Assembly: GCA_963708295.1 (NCBI GenBank)
Contig: CAVPSJ010000015.1
Location: 271,529 to 335,528, forward strand
Source of the DNA: an uncultured delta proteobacterium
GTDB lineage: Bacteria; Desulfobacterota; BSN033; UBA1163
DNA: 64,000 nt
Direction of reading: 5' to 3'
Positions 1 to 10,159 of this stretch are shown piece after piece. The translations under genes were made by a program, and so were the position numbers. How positions within the stretch are numbered: the stretch's first letter is position 1; each line of letters opens with the position of its first letter. A model generated the notes under the pieces. The model did not search any database, was not told where the DNA came from, and saw nothing but the letters and a program-made list of their open reading frames with translations.

Positions 1-2
1 AG

Positions 3-1052
3 TTGAAGAAAGAAGAGGAGAGACTCGCAGCCGTCCAAAAGAGCGGGAAGATGCTCAAGGAAGAAGTGGATGAAGAGGATGTGGCTGAAGTGGTTTCCAA
101 GTGGACCGGCATTCCGGTTTCGAGGATGCTGGAAGGAGAGATGGAGAAGCTGGTCCATATGGAGGAGAGGCTGAAGCAGCGGGTCATCGGTCAGGATGAC
201 GCGGTCGTCGCCGTTTCGAACGCCGTGAGAAGGGCCAGGGCGGGATTGCAGGACCCCAATCGGCCCATCGGTTCCTTCATTTTCATGGGACCCACGGGTG
301 TCGGAAAGACAGAGCTTGCGCGGGCCCTGGCTGAGTTTTTGTTCGATGATGAGCAGGCGATGGTCAGAATCGATATGTCCGAATACATGGAGAAACATTC
401 TGTCGCCCGGCTGATCGGCGCGCCGCCCGGGTATGTGGGATACGAGGAAGGGGGTTTTCTCACCGAGGCGGTTCGAAGAAGACCTTATTCCATTGTCCTC
501 ATGGACGAGATTGAGAAGGCACATCCTGAAGTGTTCAACATCCTCCTGCAGATTTTGGACGATGGGAGGCTGACCGATGGCCACGGTCGAACGGTTGATT
601 TCAAGAATACGGTCGTCATCATGACCTCCAACATCGGAAGCCAGTGGATTACCGACCTGGGAGAGAAGGACTACGAGGAGATGCGGCGTCGGGTGCTGGA
701 CGCGGTCAGGGCGCATTTCAAGCCCGAGTTTTTGAACCGTGTTGACGAGTTGGTCATCTTCCGCAGTCTGGGGCTGGAGCAGATTAAGGCGATTGTTGAA
801 ATTCAAGTGAAGAAACTTGAGAAGCGCCTGCTGGAAAGACGAATACAACTTAAAATAACGGAAAGAGCGAAAGAATGGTTAGCCAACGAGGGGTTTGATC
901 CTGCCTATGGAGCGCGACCACTTAAACGAGTGATTCAAAAGGAGATTCAGGATAAGTTAGCCTTGCGGATTTTAGAAGGCAAATTTAAAGAAGGCAGTGC
1001 AGTCACTGCGGACGTGGATGAAAGAAAAGGGGAACTGGTATTCAAGGCATAG
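3..1052 (+). CDS. clpB: ATP-dependent chaperone ClpB, C-terminal part (5' end outside window)
   Basis: NBD2 motifs [40 protein letters not shown] and [10 protein letters not shown]. Confidence 0.95.
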   Translation: MKKEEERLAAVQKSGKMLKEEVDEEDVAEVVSKWTGIPVSRMLEGEMEKLVHMEERLKQRVIGQDDAVVAVSNAVRRARAGLQDPNRPIGSFIFMGPTGVGKTELARALAEFLFDDEQAMVRIDMSEYMEKHSVARLIGAPPGYVGYEEGGFLTEAVRRRPYSIVLMDEIEKAHPEVFNILLQILDDGRLTDGHGRTVDFKNTVVIMTSNIGSQWITDLGEKDYEEMRRRVLDAVRAHFKPEFLNRVDELVIFRSLGLEQIKAIVEIQVKKLEKRLLERRIQLKITERAKEWLANEGFDPAYGARPLKRVIQKEIQDKLALRILEGKFKEGSAVTADVDERKGELVFKA

Positions 1053-1073
1053 AGTTATAACTTAACAATGTTC

Positions 1074-1102
1074 TTGACAATATTTTAAAAAACTGTTATG
1101 AA
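1074..1102 (+). promoter_or_regulatory. sigma70 promoter for tRNA-Val/thrS
   Basis: TTGACA-17 bp-TATGAA with extended -10 TG at 1094-1095. Confidence 0.7.
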
Positions 1103-1159
1103 TACAACGTTTTGCCAAAGTCTGCCTGCTCTGTGCGGCGGAAGGCAAAGGAGTTCTGA

Positions 1160-1234
1160 AGGCACGTAGCTCAGGGGGAGAGCGCTACCTTGACGCGGTA
1201 GAAGTCTGGGGTTCAAATCCCCACGTGCCTACCA
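1160..1234 (+). tRNA. tRNA-Val(GAC)
   Basis: Acceptor stem AGGCACG/CGTGCCT, anticodon arm CTACC-TTGACGC-GGTAG, GTTCAAATCC T-arm, encoded CCA. Confidence 0.97.
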
Positions 1235-1307
1235 TTGGCCGAAACCTGCCCCGGAAGGCCCGCTTGCAGGCGGGTCAAGGGGCACAACATATACGAAACT
1301 TCCTCTT

Positions 1308-1340
1308 CGGGAAGCCCCGACCTGTGGGCGGGGAGCTTCA
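1308..1340. repeat. IS200/IS605-end-like hairpin repeat (second copy 37233-37265)
   Basis: CGGGAAGCCCCGACCTGTGGGCGGGGAGCTTCA, nearly identical to 37233-37265. Confidence 0.6.
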
Positions 1341-1475
1341 AACCAATTCTTTAAAAAGTGAAACATAACTTATTGAAGAAACATACAATTTGATGAAAAC
1401 AACACGAAGAGGCATCATTCAGATTTATTTTGAGTGATGCCTCTTCCGCTTCAGTTCAAGCAGGATGACCGAAGA

Positions 1476-3369
1476 ATGAATGAACAGGTGACCCTCACCA
1501 TCGATGGCGAGAAGCGATCGGTCCCGAAGGGAATGAAGCTCGAAGCATTGGCCGGTCCGCGGGACAAGGACGCTGTTGCAGCGCAGGTCAATGGAGCGGT
1601 CCTTGATCTCAGTAGGACGGTGGAGAAAGATGCAGCCGTTTCATTCATCGCCATTCATTCGAAAAAAGGGTTAGAGATATTGCGCCATTCTGCCGCGCAT
1701 GTCATGGCCGAGGCAGTGAGGGAACTGTTTCCGAGCGTTAAGATGACCTTTGGTCCCTCTACCGAAAATGGCTTCTATTATGATTTCGACTTTGATCGAA
1801 CCTTTACACCTCAAGATCTTGAGACGATAGAAAAAAGGATGTCCGAGATCATTGCGAAGGACGAGCCCTTTCTTCGTAAAGAGGTGTCAAAAGAGGAAGC
1901 CGTCAAGACCTTTGAAGAAATGGGGCAAACCTATAAAGTGGAACACCTGGAGGAGCTTCCCGATCGTGTTTCTCTCTACCGGCAAGGGAGTTTCGTGGAT
2001 CTCTGTGAAGGCCCCCATCTCCCTTCGACGGGGAGGATTAAGGCCTTTCGGCTCTTGAATGTATCGGGGACTTATTGGAGAGGGGACGCCCGGAATCAGG
2101 TCCTCCAGAGGATTTACGGAACGGCGTTTCCGACCCAGCAGGCCTTGGAGGAATTTCTCCACATGCTTGAGGAGGCCCGCAAACGGGACCACCGAAAACT
2201 GGGGAAGGAGCTGGATCTCTTCAGCCTGAGCGAAGAGGCAGGCCCGGGTCTGGTGATCTATCACCCCAAAGGCGCCATGCTCCGGACGATCCTGGAAGAT
2301 TTTGAGAAGAAGGAACATTTGAAACGGGGATATCAGATCGTCATCGGCCCCCATCTCCTCCGGATGGAGCTTTGGCAGCAGTCGGGCCATTTCGAAAACT
2401 ATCGGGATAAGATGTACTTCACCAAAGTCGAGGACGTGGAGTATGGAATCAAGCCGATGAACTGCCTTGCCCACATGCTCATCTATAAATCCCAGATTCG
2501 AAGCTATCGAGATCTTCCGATCCGATATTTCGAGTTGGGAACGGTCTACCGGCATGAGAAATCCGGCGAGCTCCATGGTCTTCTTCGGGTCAGAGGGTTT
2601 ACTCAGGATGATGCCCATATCCTCTGCCGGCCGGATCAATTGAACGAGGAGATCTGCTCCATCATCGAATTCGTGGATGATGTGATGAAGATCTTTGGTT
2701 TCGAGTATGAGATCGAACTCAGCACCCGGCCGGAAAAGTCGATCGGCTCGCAGGAGGATTGGGAGAGGGCGACGCAAGCCCTGATTCATGCCCTCAAGAC
2801 AAAAAACCTTCCCTACGATGTGCAATGAAGGGGAGGGGGCTTTTTACGGTCCGAAGATTGACATCAAGCTCAAAGATGCCCTTCACCGAAGGTGGCAGTG
2901 TGCGACGATTCAGGTGGACTTTGCCCTGCCCGAACGGTTTGACCTGACCTACGTGGGAAGCGATGGAGAACGGCACCGGCCCGTCATGCTTCACCGGGTG
3001 ATCCTCGGCGCGATGGAGAGGTTCATCGGAGTGTTGATTGAACACTATGCCGGGGCATTTCCGGTCTGGCTCGCTCCGACCCAGGCGATTCTGATGACCG
3101 TGACCGATCGGCAGATCGAGTACGCCGAGGGGGTTTACCGCCAGCTCGTTCAAAAAGGAGTGCGCATGGAAAAGGACTTCCGGAATGAGAAGCTGGGGTT
3201 CAAGATTCGGGAAGCCCAGCTTCAGAAGATCCCCTACATGCTTGTGGCCGGGGATCGGGAAGTGAAAGAGGGAACCCTGGCTCCACGAAAACGAAGCGGC
3301 GAAACATTGAAGTCGATGACGGTAGAGGATATCGTCAAACAAATCGAATCCGAATACCCAATAATATAA
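1476..3369 (+). CDS. thrS: Threonine--tRNA ligase (+1 frameshift near 2823, probably a sequencing error)
   Basis: TGS domain, [25 protein letters not shown], then [10 protein letters not shown] and [10 protein letters not shown] in the next frame. Confidence 0.96.
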
Positions 3370-3415
3370 TTGAATTGCAGATTGAAAAATCTGAGATCCA
3401 AAGCAAACCAAGAAT

Positions 3416-3493
3416 GTCATTCCGGAGAAATCCGGAATCCAGTGTTTTGAAGGTATTCCGAACTAACTGGACCCCGGTTTTTACCGGGGCGAC
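3416..3493. repeat. GTCATTCC...GGAATCCAG / CTGG...GAC double-hairpin REP-like element
   Basis: GTCATTCCGGAGAAATCCGGAATCCAG ... CTGGACCCCGGTTTTTACCGGGGCGAC, bracketed by a 27/29 direct repeat (3374-3402, 3529-3557). Confidence 0.65.
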
Positions 3494-3594
3494 GCCTAAA
3501 TAAGATAAGAATAGATTGCAGATCGCAAATTGCAGATTGAAAAGTCTGAAATCCAAAATCTGAAATTTGAAATCGAAAGAAGGAGGTGATGCTT

Positions 3595-4119
3595 ATCGCA
3601 AGGGATGTTCGAATTAATCGAGAGATTCGAGCGAAAGAGGTAAGGGTCATTGACCCGGAGGGGAAGCAGTTGGGGGTCTTACCAGCCTACGAGGCGCTTC
3701 GGCTGGCAACGGGTTTTGAGTTAGACCTGGTGGAGGTTTCACCGAAATCGGAGCCGCCCGTCTGCCGCATCATGGATTACGGGAAGTTCAAGTATCAGCA
3801 GAGCAAGAAGGCGCATGATGCGAAAAAGAAGCAGGTCGTTGTCCATCTTAAAGAAGTGAAGATGAGGCCGAAGACCGAGGAGCACGATTTTCAATTTAAG
3901 CTTAAGCATATCGAACGATTTCTGAAAGAGGGAAATAAGACCAAGGTGACCATTGTTTTTCGGGGAAGGGAGCTCGCCCATCCTGACCTGGGGAGAAACA
4001 TGCTGGGCAGGATTACGGAGGAGGCCAAGGAGTGGGCGAAGGTCGAGCTGGCTCCCAAATTTGAAGGAAGAAATTTCATCATGGTCTTAGCTCCTCTCCA
4101 GAGTCAAAAACCATCTTAA
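3595..4119 (+). CDS. infC: Translation initiation factor IF-3, probable non-canonical ATC start
   Basis: RINREIRAKEVRVI, PPVCRIMDYGKFKY, FRGRE. SD GGAGG 3582-3586 is 8 nt before ATC 3595, while the GTG/ATG codons overlap the SD. Confidence 0.95.
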   Translation: MARDVRINREIRAKEVRVIDPEGKQLGVLPAYEALRLATGFELDLVEVSPKSEPPVCRIMDYGKFKYQQSKKAHDAKKKQVVVHLKEVKMRPKTEEHDFQFKLKHIERFLKEGNKTKVTIVFRGRELAHPDLGRNMLGRITEEAKEWAKVELAPKFEGRNFIMVLAPLQSQKPS

Positions 4120-4208
4120 AGAGACTTGTGTCGGTGTGAGTGTCGGTGTCAGCTTTGCCTTGCACACACAGACACTGTCACTGTCACGATGAATCAAAGG
4201 AGAAACAC

Positions 4209-4407
4209 GTGCCAAAATTGAAGACCAATCGAGGAGCAGCAAAACGGTTTAAGAAGACCGGGACGGGGAAGATAAAAGCCAAGAGGGCCTTTGCACGTCA
4301 TATTCTGACGAAAAAGTCGACCAGTCGAAAGCGAGGCCTCCGGAGGCCGAAGGTGCATCGAGAAGACGGACTCCAAGGGGATCAAGAAGCTGGTCCCGTA
4401 CATTTAA
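4209..4407 (+). CDS. rpmI: 50S ribosomal protein L35 (+1 frameshift near 4356)
   Basis: [21 protein letters not shown]...HILTKK. Removing one base restores [16 protein letters not shown]-stop, giving 65 aa. Confidence 0.95.
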
Positions 4408-4463
4408 AAATAAAAAAACGCTTAGCGCATAGCGCATGGCGACTATCAGGAGGATGATCAATC

Positions 4464-4829
4464 ATGCCGAGGGTAAAAGGAGGACCAAAGACAAGACAGA
4501 GACGGAAAAGGGTCCTTAAAATGGCAAAAGGTTATCGGGGAGGGCGAAGCCGGCTCTACCGAACGGCCGTCGACGCGGTCCATCGGGCTCTGGCTTATGC
4601 CTATCGCGATCGAAAGGCCAGGAAAAGAGATTTCAGAAGGCTTTGGATTGCTCGCATCAATGCGGCGGCGAGGCTTCAAGGGGTCTCTTACAGCCGTTTG
4701 ATGGACGCTTTGAAGAAAGCCCATATCGAGATGGATCGAAAGATATTAGCCGATTTAGCGGTGAAGGATCCGGGCGCCTTTTCCAAGATTGTCGCGATGG
4801 CAAAGACGAGCGCTGCTGGAAAATCTTGA
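4464..4829 (+). CDS. rplT: 50S ribosomal protein L20
   Basis: [39 protein letters not shown]. Confidence 0.98.
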   Translation: MPRVKGGPKTRQRRKRVLKMAKGYRGGRSRLYRTAVDAVHRALAYAYRDRKARKRDFRRLWIARINAAARLQGVSYSRLMDALKKAHIEMDRKILADLAVKDPGAFSKIVAMAKTSAAGKS

Positions 4830-4854
4830 AGCCTGCCCGCAGGAGAAGAACCTC

Positions 4855-5871
4855 GTGAAAGAGGAGTTGGAAAAGCTCCGAAACGAAGTCTTGATCTCAA
4901 TCTCTCAGACCTCGACGGAAAAAGAGCTTTCTGAAATCCGGGTGGGGGTTTTAGGAAGGAAGGGGAGCCTCACTCAGCTTCTCAAACGTCTGGGGTCCCT
5001 TCCCGAGGAGGAGCGCAGAGAAATAGGGAGAAGGGCAAATCAGGTCAAAGGTGACCTCGAGGAAAGGATCGAAGACACCCTTCTGCAGATTCAAGAACGG
5101 GAGCGAAGGGAGGTCCTGGAGAAAGAGAAAGTCGATGTGACCCTCCCCGGCAGGCGGGTTCCTTTTGGAAAGAGGCATCCTCTCACCCAGACCCTGGATG
5201 AGATCATCGACATCTTTTCCCGCCTGGGGTTCGAGGTTGCGGAAGGACCCGAGGTGGAGCTGGACTACTACAACTTCGAAGCCCTGAATATTCCGAAGGG
5301 GCATCCTGCCAGAGAAATGCAAGCCACCTTCTTCATCTCGGATGAGGTGGTGCTCCGAACGCATACCTCACCGATGGAGGTGAGGACGATGGAAAAGCAT
5401 CCTCCTCCCGTGCGAATCATCTCTCCCGGCCCCGCTTACCGGCGGGATTCGGATCCAACCCATTCCCCGATGTTTCACCAGGTAGAGGGACTTTTGGTCG
5501 ATAAAGGGATTACCTTTGCCGACCTGAAAGGCGTCCTGACCGTCTTTGTTCACCAGATGTTCGGCAAGGGAACGAGGCTTCGATTTCGGCCCAGCTTTTT
5601 CCCCTTCACCGAGCCGAGCGCGGAGATTGACATCGAATGTATCATGTGCGGCGGAAAGGGATGCGGGGTTTGCTCGAACACCGGCTGGTTGGAAATTTTG
5701 GGTTCTGGAATGACAGACCCGGCAGTATTCGGATTTGTGAACTATGACCCTGAAGAGGTGACGGGTTTCGCATTCGGGATGGGCGTCGAAAGAATCGCCA
5801 TGCTCAAGTACGGGATCAACGATATCCGGCTCTTCTTCACGAATGATCTGAGGTTCCTGAGGCAGTTCTAG
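4855..5871 (+). CDS. pheS: Phenylalanine--tRNA ligase alpha subunit
   Basis: HPAREMQATF, LRTHTSP, THSPMFHQVEGL, FPFTEPS, GFAFGMGVER. GTG start after AGGAG. Confidence 0.97.
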   Translation: MKEELEKLRNEVLISISQTSTEKELSEIRVGVLGRKGSLTQLLKRLGSLPEEERREIGRRANQVKGDLEERIEDTLLQIQERERREVLEKEKVDVTLPGRRVPFGKRHPLTQTLDEIIDIFSRLGFEVAEGPEVELDYYNFEALNIPKGHPAREMQATFFISDEVVLRTHTSPMEVRTMEKHPPPVRIISPGPAYRRDSDPTHSPMFHQVEGLLVDKGITFADLKGVLTVFVHQMFGKGTRLRFRPSFFPFTEPSAEIDIECIMCGGKGCGVCSNTGWLEILGSGMTDPAVFGFVNYDPEEVTGFAFGMGVERIAMLKYGINDIRLFFTNDLRFLRQF

Positions 5872-6060
5872 ATGAGAGGGAGCCACACGGGATTTTTTAA
5901 ATTCGAAGCACGAAATCCGAAGTACGAAACAAGCACGAATTTTCAAAATACAGATGACCGAAACCGAGGTTTAGAATTTTGAGAATTTGAATTTTGAAAT
6001 TGTTTCGAGTTGGTCCGAGGCGGACGCTTCGCCCGATATTCGGTTTTAGGACTTGAAAAG

Positions 6061-8469
6061 ATGAAGGTCAGTCTGAATTGGCTCAAGGATTACGTTGAGA
6101 TCCGGATGGACTCCAAAGATCTCACCCACCTCCTCACCATGGCAGGTCTGGAGGTCGAAGGAGCTATTTCCACAGGGGAAGGGCTGGAGAAAGTGGTCGT
6201 GGCGGAGATCCTGTCGGTTCGGAGACATCCCAATGCAGACCGACTTTCCCTGGTCGAGGCGAAGACCCATCAGGAGTCGTTTTCGATCGCTTGCGGGGCA
6301 ACGAACATCAAGGAAGGCCAGAAAGTTCCCCTGGCCCTGGTGGGAGCCCGGCTCCCGAACGGGATTGAAATCAAGAGATCAAAGATCCGGGGGGTCCTCT
6401 CCGAAGGGATGCTTTGCTCGGAGATTGAGCTTGGTCTGGGCCAGGAAGCCTCCGGAATCATGATCCTGGCCCCCGAGCTTCCTCTGGGATCGGGGGTGGG
6501 AGAGGCCCTGGGTTTGAAGGATACCATTCTCGACATCAGCATCACACCCAACCGTCCGGACTGGCTCTGTGTGATCGGGGTGGCGCGAGAGATTGCTGCG
6601 CTCACCGGGCAAAAAATGAAGTATCCCTCCCTTTCTCTTGCCGACCGGGGAGAAGAGATCCATCGGAAAACCTCTGTCACGATTCTGGACCAGGACCTAT
6701 GCCCCCGTTATGTCGCGAGGATGATCGAAGGAGTGAAGATCGGTCCTTCTCCCCGTTGGATGAGCAATCGATTGGAAAAAGTAGGCATCCGGTCCATCAA
6801 TAACGTGGTCGACGTGACCAATTATATCATGATGGAATACGGGCAACCGCTCCATGCGTTCGATTTTGAATTCCTGGAAGAAGGTCGGATCGTCGTTCGG
6901 AGGGCAAAGGGCGGCGAGGAATTCGTCACCCTGGATGGAGTGAAGAGGACCCTGGATGGGGAAATGCTCATGATCTGCGACGGCGTCAAACCGGTAGCCA
7001 TCGCCGGCGTCATGGGCGGCCTCAATTCAGAGATCAAGGATGATACCACGACGGTCCTGCTGGAAAGCGCCTATTTCGACCCCACGGGGAATCGGAGGAC
7101 CTCAAAAAAGCTCGGTCTGGAGACGGAAGCGGCCTATCGGTTCGGAAGAGGGATCGACTACGGGGGATGCCTCTCCGCGGCGGACCGGGCCGCCCAATTG
7201 ATTCAAGAATGGGCGGGAGGAAGGGTCGTGGAGGGAGCCGTGGATGTCTACCCGGCGCCGATCCGGCCCAAGCCGATCCGTTTACGGGGAGAAAGAATTC
7301 GCCAGGTTTTGGGAACGGAGGTCTCCGCCAAAGAAGCAAGGAATTACCTGGAAAATCTGGAATTGGAAGTCCAGGAGGAGAAAGAAGGCGTCCTCCTCGT
7401 CGTGCCGGCTTCCTTCCGGGGGGATTTGGAGAGAGAGATCGATCTGATCGAAGAAGTGGCACGCCTGAACGGATACGATCGAATTCCGATCACCCTTCCG
7501 ACCGGGTCTCCCTCGTCGGAGAAGAGAAGCAAAGAGTTTCTTACGGAGAGGAGGGCGATCGATCTTCTCAACGCCCATGGATACAATGAGGTGATCAATT
7601 ACAGCTTTACTTCTCCAGCCTTCGCAGACCGGATTGGACTCCCTCCGGATGATCCGAGGCGACAGCCTCTCCGGATCCTCAACCCTTTGGCGGAGGATGT
7701 CTCCGTCATGAGAACCACACTCATTCCCGGCCTGATGGAGACCGTCCAATACAACCTCTCCCGTAAGAATTCGAACCTCAAGCTCTTTGAATTGAAAAAA
7801 GTCTTCCTTCCTCAGGAAGGAGGGAGACTGCCCAGGGAAGTCAAGCTTTTGGCGGGCGTGGCGTTGGGGTTTGACAGAGGTCCCCATTGGGCTTCTCCGC
7901 AGAGGCCGGTGGATTTTTACGATATCAAAGGCTGCGTGGAAGACCTTTTGGACACCCTGCAGATCAAGGACGCGAAGTTTGTTAAAGCAGAGGATGTCCC
8001 CTATCTCCATCCGGGAAAAGCATCGAAGGTGGTCCTGGATCAGGAGGTCTTGGGGGTTTTAGGAGAAATTCATCCGGAGGTGTCGGGCCGTTATGAAGTT
8101 CGGGGAAAGGGTTATCTCTTTGAAATGGACTTCAGTAAAATGGTGAAAGAAGCAGGGGAAGAAAGGCGGTTTCAGGCTCTGCCCAAATTCCCGGCGGTTG
8201 AAAGGGATCTTTCCGTGGTCGTCGATCAAGCCATGGAAGCAGAAAGAGTGATGGAAGCCATCCGGACGTTCCGGCAACCTCACGTCGAAGAGGTCACCCT
8301 TTTCGACGTGTATGAAGAACCGCCGATCCCGGAGGGGAAAAAGGGAATTTCTTATCGAATCCGGTACCAGGCCAAAGATCGGACGTTGACGGATGAAGAA
8401 GTGAATCAATACCACGAGAAGATCCTCTCCAGATTAAAGGAGGTCTTTCAGCTCGATTTGAGGCAATAA
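6061..8469 (+). CDS. pheT: Phenylalanine--tRNA ligase beta subunit
   Basis: MKVSLNWL, HPNADRL, ITPNRPD, GQPLHAFD, EIDLIEEVARL, RTLTDEEV. Confidence 0.97.
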   Translation: MKVSLNWLKDYVEIRMDSKDLTHLLTMAGLEVEGAISTGEGLEKVVVAEILSVRRHPNADRLSLVEAKTHQESFSIACGATNIKEGQKVPLALVGARLPNGIEIKRSKIRGVLSEGMLCSEIELGLGQEASGIMILAPELPLGSGVGEALGLKDTILDISITPNRPDWLCVIGVAREIAALTGQKMKYPSLSLADRGEEIHRKTSVTILDQDLCPRYVARMIEGVKIGPSPRWMSNRLEKVGIRSINNVVDVTNYIMMEYGQPLHAFDFEFLEEGRIVVRRAKGGEEFVTLDGVKRTLDGEMLMICDGVKPVAIAGVMGGLNSEIKDDTTTVLLESAYFDPTGNRRTSKKLGLETEAAYRFGRGIDYGGCLSAADRAAQLIQEWAGGRVVEGAVDVYPAPIRPKPIRLRGERIRQVLGTEVSAKEARNYLENLELEVQEEKEGVLLVVPASFRGDLEREIDLIEEVARLNGYDRIPITLPTGSPSSEKRSKEFLTERRAIDLLNAHGYNEVINYSFTSPAFADRIGLPPDDPRRQPLRILNPLAEDVSVMRTTLIPGLMETVQYNLSRKNSNLKLFELKKVFLPQEGGRLPREVKLLAGVALGFDRGPHWASPQRPVDFYDIKGCVEDLLDTLQIKDAKFVKAEDVPYLHPGKASKVVLDQEVLGVLGEIHPEVSGRYEVRGKGYLFEMDFSKMVKEAGEERRFQALPKFPAVERDLSVVVDQAMEAERVMEAIRTFRQPHVEEVTLFDVYEEPPIPEGKKGISYRIRYQAKDRTLTDEEVNQYHEKILSRLKEVFQLDLRQ

Positions 8470-8591
8470 TAAAAAGAAGTTTTGAGTTTTAAGTTTTGAG
8501 TTAAATTCAAAATTCATAATTCAAAATTTAACCTTTTGAGGGGGAAGTGTCCGTCATGGAAGATTCCCGAAAAGAAAGGAGGATGTCGGCG

Positions 8592-8876
8592 ATGACGAAG
8601 GTGGATATCGTTGAGGGGATTTATGAGAAGGTGGGGTTTTCGAAGAAAGAGGTGGCTAAAATCGTCGAGTATATTTTTGATATCATCAAAGATACCTTGA
8701 TCAAGGAAGATAAGATCAAGATTTCCGGGTTTGGAAATTTTGTCGTCCGGAAAAAGAGGTCGAGACGGGGCCGAAACCCACAGACCGGGAGCGACATCGA
8801 GATCACCGCAAGAAGGATCTTGACGTTTAAACCCAGTCAGGTCTTAAAGGGAGGCCTCAACCGTAAGGAGTCCTGA
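8592..8876 (+). CDS. ihfA: Integration host factor alpha subunit
   Basis: MTKVDIV, KISGFGNF, GRNPQTG, TFKPSQVLK. Canonical position after pheT. Confidence 0.93.
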   Translation: MTKVDIVEGIYEKVGFSKKEVAKIVEYIFDIIKDTLIKEDKIKISGFGNFVVRKKRSRRGRNPQTGSDIEITARRILTFKPSQVLKGGLNRKES

Positions 8877-8943
8877 TTTTTTCAGTTCTTCTTGAAGCCT
8901 GTTTTTCCGTTTGATGAACGACAGGGGCGGTGAAAGAAGAAAG

Positions 8944-9339
8944 ATGGCCGGGCTACTCAAAAAACATGAGGTGGAGGACTCCATTTCCCATGAAAGGCTT
9001 TATTATCGGATAGGAGAGGTGAGCCGCCTGACGGGTCTCAAACCCCATGTGCTTCGTTATTGGGAGTCGGAGTTCAGAGTGATCAGGCCCCACAAGGGCG
9101 GGTCCTCACAACGGCTCTACCGGAGGAAAGACCTGGACCTCATCCTGAAGATCAAGAAACTCCTGTATGAGGACGGGTTCACCATCGCCGGAGCAAAAAA
9201 GAAGATCCGAGACCTCGAGCGATTTGAAAATAAGCAGATGAAATTGAAACCCATTGAGAAAGGATCTGACGAAAACGCTCATGAGTTTCTGGTCGCTGTT
9301 CAGGAGGAACTGAAGGGGATCAGAGACATGCTGGAATAG
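8944..9339 (+). CDS. MerR-family transcriptional regulator
   Basis: YYRIGEVSRLTGLKPHVLRYWESEF and GFTIAGAKKK. Conserved ihfA-merR-tRNA-Pro order. Confidence 0.92.
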   Translation: MAGLLKKHEVEDSISHERLYYRIGEVSRLTGLKPHVLRYWESEFRVIRPHKGGSSQRLYRRKDLDLILKIKKLLYEDGFTIAGAKKKIRDLERFENKQMKLKPIEKGSDENAHEFLVAVQEELKGIRDMLE

Positions 9340-9360
9340 CTCCTTTGCCCGAGAAGGGAC

Positions 9361-9389
9361 TGGACTTTTGGAAGGAAATTGAATATAGT
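9361..9389 (+). promoter_or_regulatory. sigma70 promoter for tRNA-Pro
   Basis: TGGACT-17 bp-TATAGT. Confidence 0.55.
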
Positions 9390-9519
9390 AATTAAAGGTT
9401 GGAGTAATGGAGTATGGAGTAATGGAATAAAAATGACAGGTAAGACTTATAAAGCATAATTCTTCTTGTGGGAATCAAAACCCCAGCCCTCCAATACTCC
9501 ATCATTCCACGGTTTTTAT

Positions 9520-9596
<77 letters not shown>

Positions 9597-9645
9597 TTTC
9601 CCTCCATTTCACCCGCGGTTACAGTACCGATATTCTGCCGACCTT

Positions 9646-10132
9646 TCAGACATTCCACTGGATGCCCTCTCTGGGCTCGGCTTTTTCTTTGACGCTGGCC
9701 AACCCTCTATCCGCCACTCCCCTGCCGGCCGTCTGATCCGCCATGCGGAAGACCACGAGAATCATTTCCAAGAAGACCCTGCTGAAAACCGCTGTTAGAC
9801 AGAAACACCACAGGACCCCAATCAGAAGCGCAGAAAGTCCAAGCCGGAGGGAGGTTTCAAACCCGCGCGAGGATGAAGAAAAGGGCCACCAGACCCGCGC
9901 AAAGAATCGACAGGATGTAAAGAAACTTTATCATTTTTACGGGAACAGACCGACGGAATGAAAAATCAAAAAGGGGATGGAGAAAATCAAACTGATGCGA
10001 GGGGGACACATCCTCCAAGCCCCTCAGGCGGGAGAGCCTGTCTTCTATCGGGTTGTTCGCCAACGATTCCCCACAGTTGGCGCAGAGATTTGCTCCGTTC
10101 TTGTTCGAAGCGCCGCAGTTTGTGCAAAACAT
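9646..10132 (-). CDS. Zinc-ribbon plus DUF4282-like membrane protein (frameshift near 9866)
   Basis: N-terminal CxxC..CxxC, LFDFSF followed by a TM helix. The shifted frame continues with a second TM and FSRVFLEMILVVFRMA to TGA 9646-9648. Confidence 0.65.
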
Positions 10133-10159
10133 AGGTGTCTCCTTGAGTATTCCGTAAGC

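Noticed and set aside
1235-1475. T-box riboswitch in the thrS leader
   Set aside because: No GGTGGNACC T-box motif, specifier stem or terminator U-tract found.
1887-2825. Long antisense ORFs (312 aa here; also 7282-8010, 24773-25789, 26145-26981, 31231-32011, 41008-41733, 43797-44495)
   Set aside because: Shadows of well-supported genes on the opposite strand, with no recognisable motifs.
2815-2830. Programmed frameshift or pseudogenisation of thrS (and rpmI at 4356)
   Set aside because: No slippery sequence or stimulatory structure. thrS is essential, and similar indels are scattered through unrelated genes.
3374-9508. CRISPR array
   Set aside because: Repeat units are 6-8 nt, degenerate and without unique spacers. 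No cas genes in the window.
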